This document shows positions 54,547 through 64,000 of a stretch of DNA of 64,000 bases, piece after piece. Each line of letters begins with the position of its first letter. The stretch's first letter is position 1. This DNA comes from Eledone cirrhosa (Eukaryota). A program made the translations under genes and the position numbers. The stretch covers positions 312,666,001-312,730,000 of the forward strand of contig OZ024740.1 of the NCBI GenBank assembly GCA_964016885.1. The letters are read 5' to 3'. A model generated the notes under the pieces. That model was not told where the DNA came from and made no database searches. It saw nothing but the letters and a program-made list of their open reading frames with translations.

Positions 54547-54949
54547 TATAATGGGTTTTAGGGTCAATTCTTAATATACATAATAGAGATCAGAAGGCAT
54601 TTAGAACATTGACTAAATCCATTATCGATGTTGTAACTCTATTTATTAGTCGTACATGTTGAACGGATACATTAGGTACAGGTCGTATCTACATGTGTAG
54701 GATGTAGCTTGGTCCGCTTCATTGCAAGATGGAGATGTTGTTAGCAGCGATGAGTGTAGCCTGGTCTTGTCGATAAGAGAGGTGCGTGTAGACTAATGAC
54801 TCTCTTGGTCACCTCCGCTCACACTGGTGACGTAGTTCTGGACAGTCGAATTAGTGCACCGAAGGTTTTGATTGGCTCACACTTCAGCCAACTTACCTCC
54901 GTAACACCATTCCTCCGCAGAAGGAAAATACATTTTATTCACTGCTACA
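54547..54949 (-). repeat. 5' LTR
   Basis: TGTAGCAG..TTATA on the minus strand. Confidence 0.95.
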
Positions 54950-55440
54950 GCTTCATATCACAGTGATATGGTTTCTCTCCTGTATTAACTTGTTTTTGAA
55001 CACATAATAAACTACTACTAGAAAAGGATTTATCACATTCATCACATTCACATGGCTTCTTCCCTGTATGTATCCGCCTGTGTTCAGTTAAGTAAGAGTT
55101 TTTAGCGAATGACTACAAATATCAGTGATATGGTTTCTCTCCTGTATGAAGACATTTCTGTACAGTTAAGTTACCATTACTACAGAATGATTTATCACAG
55201 TGATGTAGTTTCTCTCCTGTATGACAACAGTTGTGCTTGGTTAAGTCACCACTGCTACAGAATGATTTACCACAAATATCACAGTTGTATGGCTTCCCAC
55301 CAGTGTGAGTATGTTTGTGAATATTTAAGTTACTTCTAAGAGAGAATGATTTACCACAGATATCACAGTGATATGGTTTCTCGCACGTATGAATGCGTTT
55401 GTGAGAAATCATGTATCTTCCATCAGAGAATGATATATCA

Positions 55441-55539
<99 letters not shown>

Positions 55540-55679
55540 TCATGCATGAACACATTTGTGGTTATTTAATATACTAGTTTCACTTAATGATTTATCACAT
55601 ATCACAAGGATATGTTTTCTCTCCTGTATGAATACGTTTGTGGGTCATGAAGTTATGTCTTAGAGAAAATGATTTATCA

Positions 55680-55805
<126 letters not shown>

Positions 55806-55808
55806 TTA

Positions 55809-56023
<215 letters not shown>

Positions 56024-57099
56024 TCATATTGTCCTAAGTCCCACTTACGACAGTATGATTTGCTACATATATGACACCCACATGGCTTCTCAGCATTATG
56101 AATAAGTTTGTGAATAGTTAAACTGGCTTTTTGAGAGAATGATCTACAACAGATATCACAGTCATATGAAGATTTGACTATTTTTTTGACATTTTTCAAG
56201 AGATTAAAATTAATCTTTTAAATTTCCCAAATAGTTCATTATTCCACAATTTTTCTTATTTTCTCACAATATTTGTATATTTTTCCATTTGTTGTTATTT
56301 TATTCCAAATATATATTCTTCTGCAATATTTCCATCAACTAATCTTTATCAATATTTCCATCAACTGTGATCTTTATCAATATTTAAAGATGCTACAATA
56401 TCTATTGTAACAAGCTTAAATAGAATACAAAATCATCTTATAGATATTCCAGAAGAAATATTTCCGAGTAATTCTCAGATTTATATAAACGGTTATATCT
56501 GTTGTGTATAACATCTTCCTTTAGTCTTTAAAAGATGACAAATATTGATGATCCATCTGATGTACAAAAATCTTTTCATGTCAATGTCATGTGATATTCT
56601 GAAATAATAAATAAATAGTATAAGATATAGAGGATACTTATAATGTAGAGAATCAACAGTAACAATTACACCCCATTTCTATACCGATAAATGGTAGATA
56701 TAAACCTTTACCTAGATATTTGAACTTCACTTTTAATTTATTAAAATTACATCATATAAATATCATCTGCTCTTATCTTCACACACTACACTGCTCCTCT
56801 TCTGCCACTCCTATTATCCCCTTACCTACACACCCTGGTTCCTCTGTCAATGCTGTTACTTCCACCTTTCCCTCCACGGAAACTCCTGTATACTGATGAT
56901 CTTGTCCTTATAGCTGAATACATAGGAAAGTTAGAAGCAAACCTCCAGACAGGGAAGAAAAATTTAGAATGAAATGCATAAAAATAAACTTAGCAAAGAC
57001 TATAGTCTTTGTTGTACACAAACATAGTTGTGGATTTGGTTTGTTGTCCAGTTTAAGACTACTACTTTGTCCTTGTGAACCTTTAATAGAATCCACTGT

Positions 57100-58660
57100 C
57101 AGAGTTAATGCTGATCAACTGGTTCTCCTCTCTATCGTTAACCTACCCCTACCATCTTCTCCCCATCTAAATCCTAATTCTAAGGTTGACTCCTCAGATG
57201 TTGCCAATTCACCACCAAACTGCGCTCTCTGCTCCCGCACCTGTCGATACATAAAGACAATCGCATATCACTCCTGCTGCCTAAGCTACCACAGGAGCTG
57301 TGTTGGCATTACTAAGGTTCAAGCTGAAGGTTTCTCAAACTGGATGTGCAACCAATGTCACTTCAGCTCCGATTCCTTTTGCAGGTGAATCTAACTCTGA
57401 TGTTAAAATCTCTGTTGAGAACTTTGCCGCTGCTCTCTGGGACTTGTCTAAGTTGAAACTCATCAACAGGATCCCAAAGGGAGCTTGGACAAGTTTCGCC
57501 CGTGCTCTCTCCAAGCATAACAGTTGGGTGCATTCTGCAATGGCCCACTGCGAAGGTATGTCTGTCTTTGATTTCAGATAGCCTTTTCTCTATTCAGCTA
57601 GGGGTGGTTACCAAGCTGGGTTGTGAGGCTGCTGCTCATGCCACCAGAGCATTTACCAACTTGCTTTCCGAAACCCCCAAGGTTATTCTCAAGCTAGATC
57701 TGAGGAATGCTTTTAATTCCATCAGTTGGGATATCATCCTCCATTCAGTAAAGGAGGCCCCACAGATTTACCACTTTGCTTGGCAAGCCTATCAGGAGCC
57801 CTCCTACCTCACCTTCAGTGACCATTTCTTTCTATCTACCACAGGGGTCCAACAGGGTGACTCGCTTGGACCTGCACTTTTCGCACTGGGCTTTGATGAC
57901 ATCATCAAGATGGGAGTTGACCTGGATCTGAATGTCTGGTATCTAGATGATGCTTGTTTGGGGGGGGGGGGGTCCTCTAGAGAAGGTCCTTGCAACTGAG
58001 AAGATGATGATTGAGGAGCTGGGTCGTAGGGGCCTTCACTTCAACAGTTCCAAATGTGAGCTCTGGTTCCTCAACCACCCAGCTTCACATCAAGAGACTG
58101 TTGACTTGTTCAGTCTTTCCCTCCATCGCAGATCAACCCCATCAGTGTGGTGCTCCCTTGAAGCCCCAATTACTGACCAAGCCTTCAAGTCCATCTTTCT
58201 ATCTAAGTTGGCTAATCTCAAGCAACGTTTAAAAAACCATGAAGTCATTGAGCCTCACCAAGGTTTTTTCTTCAGAATTATTTGTCAATCCCTAAGTTGT
58301 ATTTCCTTAGAGTTAGTCCCTCTTACAAATTATTGTGATATCTCCAACACTTCAACAACCTAATATTCAGTGAGCTCAAAGGTTTGGTCAATGTCCAACT
58401 CTCTCCAGAGTCCTGCGACCATGCTGCCTTACCCAAACGGTTTGGAGGTCACCGTCTGCGTAAATGTACATCTTTCTACCTTGCTTTCTTTCCTCCATTC
58501 ACACTTGGTCCCCTTTGGTGGGTGACATCCTCTCCTTCCCAACTTGGACTAGTTTTTCCAGGGAGTTAGATGAAGCTTTACTACAGCAGAGAGAGCTGGA
58601 TTTGTCAGTTCCAGTTACTGATGAGAATAGACGGAGGCAGAGAGTATGGGACAAAAGAAG
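57100..58660 (+). mobile_element. Decayed CRE-like element: PHD-like finger followed by RT fragments
   Basis: CALC..HSCCLSYHRSC..WMCNQC; QLGVVTKLGCEAAAHATR, LKLDLRNAFNSI, GVQQGDSLGPALF, WYLDD, LPKRFGG. Confidence 0.75.
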
Positions 58661-58744
58661 TGAATGTTAAAATAAGCAATACTTTATATATAAGAATATT
58701 TATGTTTAATCAAGAGCGACGAAATTTAATAGATAAATTACATA

Positions 58745-60265
58745 TCATCATCATCATCATCAACGTTTAACGTCCGTGTTCCACGCTTGCATGGGTTTGG
58801 ACGGGGGTAGTCCCACTTGAGGCAAGAGTGATTGTCTTGCTCGCATAGGACTGTCTGGCAGGTTTTCTACAGTTGGATGCCCTTCCTAACACCAACCACA
58901 TTTACAGTGTGGGTCTGGGAGGTTTTTACCGTGTTGCCTACATGGCCACATTACAGCATGGACTGTGTGTTTTTTTTGTCGTGACACCTACACGATCTCA
59001 TTTGTTTCGGCCTCGATGGCGCGGCACCAACATAACTTTACATAGAACGGGGTGGTGTGGATGGGGTGGGGGTGGTGGTGGTGGGACGGGGTGTATTTTG
59101 TTAGAGATGCCTACTGGCTGGAGTAGGTTTTACTATATATTTAGGTAAGGCGGGTCTTCTCTGTTACTGAGTACCGCCAAAGGTCTCAGTCCAGTGACAT
59201 TGTCTCGGAGAGGTGTAAGTGTGTGATGTCGGAGTTTATCAGCTCGTCCCAGGTTTTTCTAGGTCTGCCTATTCCGTGACTACCGTCTATCTTTATTGCC
59301 CTGCACTTTGTTATACAGCTATCGACTTTCATGCGCATCACGTGTCCATACCAACGTAGCCTTCTCTCGAGTAAACAACATCTGATCCCTCTTATCTCTA
59401 ATTTTTTCCTTAGTTCGTTTATGCTTTGCCGTTCATGTATATTACTGTTACACATCCAGCGGAGCATGCAAGCTTCGTTCCTCTCTAGTCTGCGTATATC
59501 CTCTGCACACAATGCCCAGGTCTCACTGCCATGCAGCATTGCTGTTCGTATGCAGGCATCGTACAACCTGCCTTTCATTTTTAGGGAGAACCCTTTAGCA
59601 GCTAATAGTGGTATAAGCTCTCTGAACTTTTTCCAACCAGTTCTGACTCTAGCTACAGTACTTTCAGAGCACCCTCCCCCACTGCTGATTTTGTCACCCA
59701 GGTAACGGAAGCTGTCCACTATTTCTATAGAACCCTCTGCGCAATTGAAAGAGCTAGTATTTTGTGGGCACTTGCTGCTACTTATTGCACCAGAACACCG
59801 GCCACATGTAAAATCTATGTTCTTAGTTAGCTTACCTGTGATCCCACTACATCTTTTATGCACCCATACTTTGCATTTAGGACATAAAATGGAGTTTCTA
59901 CCTACGCCTTTCCTACACACCGAGCACGACCATTTCCCAGAAGGGACCGCCGCCTTGTTTTCTTTCCTACAAACTAGTACTTTGGTCTTAGCCAGGTTAA
60001 TTTTAAGTCCTTTTGACTCTAGGCCGTGCTTCCATGTTTGGAATTTCTTCTCTAGCTCGGCCATTGATTCCGCTATGAGTGTCAGGTCGTCTGCGTATAG
60101 GAGTTCCCATGGGCAGCCTGTCTTGAACTCCTCTGTTATAGCCTGAAGGGCAATAATAAATAGTAGGGGGCTGAGAACAGAGCCCTGATGGACGCCAACT
60201 TTTACGCTAAACTCTTCACTATATTCGTTGTTAATTCTAACCTTGCTGACTGTTTCTTTATACAT
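58745..60265 (-). mobile_element. 5'-truncated RTE LINE, same family as 43545-46340
   Basis: ORF 59186-60274 is nearly identical to the other copy; (ATC)n tail at 58745-58762; inserted into a Helitron-like element. Confidence 0.92.
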
Positions 60266-60929
60266 AATATTCATTAATTATTTATTCAAAGTAATCAAAC
60301 TTATTTTACTAACGGGATAGAAAAATATAAAACTGACGCCGTGCCGCACCCCCCCTCCTTTATTATATTATAGATAGATATGTTTCTTTATTAGCCACAG
60401 GGGCACAAAAGAAGGGGACAAATATAGATAGATGATGGCTGCAAACTCTGCTAAGAGTACTGCAATCGCTTCTCAGATTATAGAGTTTGGTGCACTTTTA
60501 GGCTACGACCAACCACACAAACCTGCAACATATCCTGAACAAGCAATGCCTGCGCTTCGAAAATTTTTTAAGTGGGGAAAGGCCTTGCACTCGATCAATC
60601 CCACTATCTGAGCATGAAAAACACTACCCGAAAAGGAGAACTGATCAGCACCATCCGATGTTTTCAAAACCGCAGGGTTTTTTTTCAGAGTATCCCTCTC
60701 CTAGAAAGGTGTAAAGGTGTTGTGATAACAACTGGGGGCCTTTCACTCCCAGGTGATTAAAAAAAAAAAAGGTACTATTTGCCGGGTGTTGTATTTCATC
60801 TCGCAGGATGTTCAAATATCACCCTCCTCACACAGCAAGCTTGGTGGGATTGCCTCTTTATTCGCCGACGACCCAACCATGAGACAGGTTGTATTGGGTT
60901 ACATGTTACCAGTAGCACTCGAGAGCGAC

Positions 60930-61110
60930 CTGGCAGTATCGGTAGAGGGTGGGACGCCATGCTTTGAAGCATAGAGTTACCTCCCTTTATGATCTGAGTT
61001 CAACTCCCGCCGAGGTTAACTTTCCCTTTCATCCTTATGGGGTCGATAAAATAAAGTACCAGTAATGCACTGGGTAATTGCTGGCCTTGTGCCAAAAGTA
61101 GAAACAATTA
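60930..61110 (+). mobile_element. tRNA-derived SINE
   Basis: tggcagtatcggtagag, gagttcaactccc, tttcatccttatggggtcgataaaataaagtaccag, short (att)n tail. Confidence 0.7.
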
Positions 61111-61459
61111 TTATAGATAGATACATACACAGCGTTGCGTTCTAGGAACCGTGTGTGTATGTACTCCTGTTATCTCTGAATCTGTATACGTGTAGATGTG
61201 TAAATGAAGTAATTCCGTCGGTAAGGTCCAGGAAAAAAGAGTGCTCTATGTAGGTAACAGAGCTTAATAGTTATGTAATAAACAACATAAGGCAATTATT
61301 TCATTTACCAGTGGTTTCTTAAAAGCAAACAAATTTTGTTTTCAATCATCAGAATGAAAAAATCCTGGTGTATTTATTGGCATTGGATTTTAAAAGCAAA
61401 AATATAATCTATATGAAAGTGAGGCTGGAAAAGGAAGAAGGAAAGGAAAAATAAACACA

Positions 61460-61742
61460 CATGCACACGCACACACACACAATTATATACATACACATAT
61501 ATATACACACACACATGTGTATATATATACATACACATACATATACACATACATACATACACACATATATATCAACATATCCATACATACAAATACACAA
61601 ACATGCAGACACACACATATGCATATATATAAATATATATATACATATATACACACACATACATATATATACATATATATATACATATATACACACACAT
61701 ACATATATATACATATATATATACATATATACACACACATAC

Positions 61743-61793
<51 letters not shown>
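61460..61793. repeat. CA/TA compound microsatellite
   Basis: Seen directly. Confidence 0.95.
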
Positions 61794-61799
<6 letters not shown>

Positions 61800-62398
61800 G
61801 TAGTTTAGAAAGCCACAACAATGCAGATGGGAAATCTCGAGGTAGGAAGTGAGTGAGAAATAGGAGAAAAGTGAAAATTGAGAGAAACGAAAAACGAAAA
61901 CAAAACAAAGGTAGAAGGGTTACCGTAGTGGAGATTTAATCCCAATATTTCGGGCTCACGCCCATCAACGGGGGAAAGTTCCAAAAGGGGGGGGGGGAGG
62001 AACAGGCTAAGCCGGAGAAAGTTGTATTGTCGTTAAAACATAGCAATGCCGTTATGGGGAAAATTCAAACGAGGGAAAGAATGCGCGTGCACGTGATAGG
62101 CTGTGGCAAAAGCTACTGACCAATTGGGTTAAATCAATAGGGTGCGCTAGCGTGTGAAAGCCGTAAAATATGTGTGTAAATATATATGTGTGTGTATATG
62201 TGTATGTGTGTATGTATGTGAAAGATAGTGGGCCGTAGAAGCTGGAATTCAAAGGTGGTAGGTTGTATAAACATGTGTGCGTGTATAAATATAGATGTGT
62301 GTGTGTGTGTGTGTGTGTATGGGTATACATATAAGTGCGTGTGTGTGTGAAAGATAGTAGGCCGTAGGGGCTGTTACTGGTCACTATGGTTAAATTAG

Positions 62399-64000
62399 TC
62401 ATGTCAGCTCATTTCTCTCAGCCCGGTTGTTAAGTGGGGGTCTGAGGTTCTTAATAACAAGTGCTTCCTTTATCCTTAAGGATCCGATGCTGCGTTCAGT
62501 CGCTAGGACTGTGACCAAGGGTCTGCCCTGTGGGTTTCCGCATTTAAGGATGTGTTTACGGAAGGAAGATGCGTTGGTGTTGACATGTTCCTTGATACGA
62601 ACATCTAGGGGTCGGATGGTGCTACCTATGTAAAACTTGTTACATTTATCGCATTGAATCTTATATACGACATAGGTGCGTAGGCAATCTTCCCCCCGTA
62701 TCGGGCAGTTGCTGAGGGAACACGTCCCATCTGACTCGTCGGGTTTGGTGGAGAGGCATCTTCGGAGCAAAGGTCCTGTGTGGGCCAAATGTATGTCAAG
62801 TCCCTCCCTCCGTATGGCGTTCATGGTATATTCACTCAGGTGGGGGATTTTAAAGAAGCACCTGCTTTTATCTAAGTTTCTAGTGGGTGTCTGTCTGTTG
62901 GGTCTGGGGTCTCTAATTCCGTTAATCAGTCGCTTGGGATATCCATTAGACTTGAGTAGATTACGGAATTGCGTGGTATGGGTGAGACCACCCATCGGGT
63001 CGCTGCATCTATTAGTGATCCGTGTAAGTTCATTTAGGACATAGCCTCTCTTAGCGTTGTTGGGGCGGGCTGAGTTGTAATGCACAAATAAGTCCTTGCA
63101 CGCTGCCTTGCGGTAGAAGGTGGTGTTTAGGTCTCCTTCTTCCGAGATGTTGATACGGAAGTCGAGGAGGGCGAGTGACCCGTCTTCTCCTGGGTGTTCG
63201 ATGGTGAAATCGACGTGATGGTCAGTATCGTTAAAGATTTGGTGAATTTCATTCGCCATCTCTCGGGAAGAAGTGAGTATCAGTATGTCATCAACGTATC
63301 TGGAGTAGAAGGCGACGGCGTTGGGTTGGCAGGTGTTGAGTGCCTTGCGTTCCAGGTGGTCCATGTACGAGATCGCAAGTATGCCGGACAGACTAGAGCC
63401 CATAGGTAGCCCAGAGATCTGTTTGTATATGTGGCCGAGGAAATTGAAGAATGCATTATCCACAACGAAGGAGAGGAGTTGGTGGATGTCCGTGTGTGTG
63501 AGTCCGAAGCAGTGTAAGTTAGATGCTTGGACTCGTTCGGTCAACAGGTCGACGGCTGGGGATGCTGGTACGGAGGTATAAAGGGCGACCACATCAAGAC
63601 TGAAGGTATATCCGTTGTCCTTTCTGGTGTTGGGCGCCAGATGGTGTAGTCGCTCCAAGACCTCCTTTGAGCTGCAGACGTGGGCTGGTAGTGTGTGTAG
63701 AATGGGTTTCAGTAGTGTGGAGAGCAGCCACGATATTTTGTAAAGTGGGCCCTCCACGCTAGAGACAATGGGCCTGATTTTCAAATCGGGTCCTTGTTTA
63801 TGGGTTTTCACCAGGTGGTAGAAGGTGGGTAGTTTGCTGTTTCGAGTCATTGTTATTTTTTACCTTCTTTGGCAGTTGTCGTTGGACACAGATGTTAGTC
63901 CATATGGTGTTAATGCCTTCCTCGATTAGAGTCGAGGAGGTCCCTGTGACTTTCGAGTAGAGGCTGTCGTCATTAAGATGTTGGAGAGCTAAGTTGTTGT
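62399..64000 (-). mobile_element. Penelope-like element ORF (RT and C-terminal GIY-YIG), running off the window; frameshift near 63860
   Basis: FYHLVKTHK..IRPIVS, SLDVVALYTSVP, GLPMGSSLS, RYVDD, VVYKIQC..FYIGSTIRPLDVRIKEH; upstream LQHLNDDSLY is in another frame. Confidence 0.9.

Larger units (their letters stand above)
49202..54949 (-). mobile_element. Full-length Ty3/gypsy LTR retrotransposon, CsRN1/Kabuki-like, 4-bp TSD GCTT
   Basis: 403-bp LTRs, tRNA-Trp PBS, polypurine tract, gag with Cx2Hx9Cx3C, intact pol; GCTT at 49198-49201 and 54950-54953. Confidence 0.95.

Noticed and set aside
61938-61976. Hammerhead next to the terminal Penelope element (also 11450 and 14812)
   Set aside because: Cores are too degenerate (TTGAT-GGGC, CTGAGTA, GAAA replaced by ATAA) to call.

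Overview
AT-rich, microsatellite-rich eukaryotic DNA that looks like an octopus (coleoid cephalopod) C2H2 zinc-finger cluster; the taxon is inferred from the [16 protein letters not shown] finger style and the repeat families. There are five single-exon poly-zinc-finger paralogs: A (1149-3353 +, about 26 fingers, one in-frame TGA), B (21776-23617 -, 21 fingers, 8 nearly identical in tandem), C (36063-36758 +, 8 fingers then a frameshift), D (37347-39182 +, 19 fingers, joined directly behind C) and E (47125-56192 -, pseudogene). A, B, C and E share a splice acceptor, and A, B, D and E carry an ATG-containing 28-bp repeat whose copy number runs from about 1.5 to about 35. The spacers are transposons: an intact, recent CsRN1-like Ty3/gypsy element inside E, RTE LINEs, CRE-like, Penelope-like and Helitron fragments, and SINEs. 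The most notable items are (1) a 1.7-kb foldback element with an 8-bp target-site duplication (TSD) whose 780-bp arms each carry a captured RMND5/GID2-like first coding exon, (2) the 28-bp VNTR that builds chains of TGATG-overlapping uORFs and seems to mark where paralogs swap parts, (3) the lone TGA in otherwise open gene A, (4) the homogenised finger array of B, and (5) several minimal hammerhead ribozyme candidates. Everything was read by eye with no searches run; identities and copy counts are approximate.
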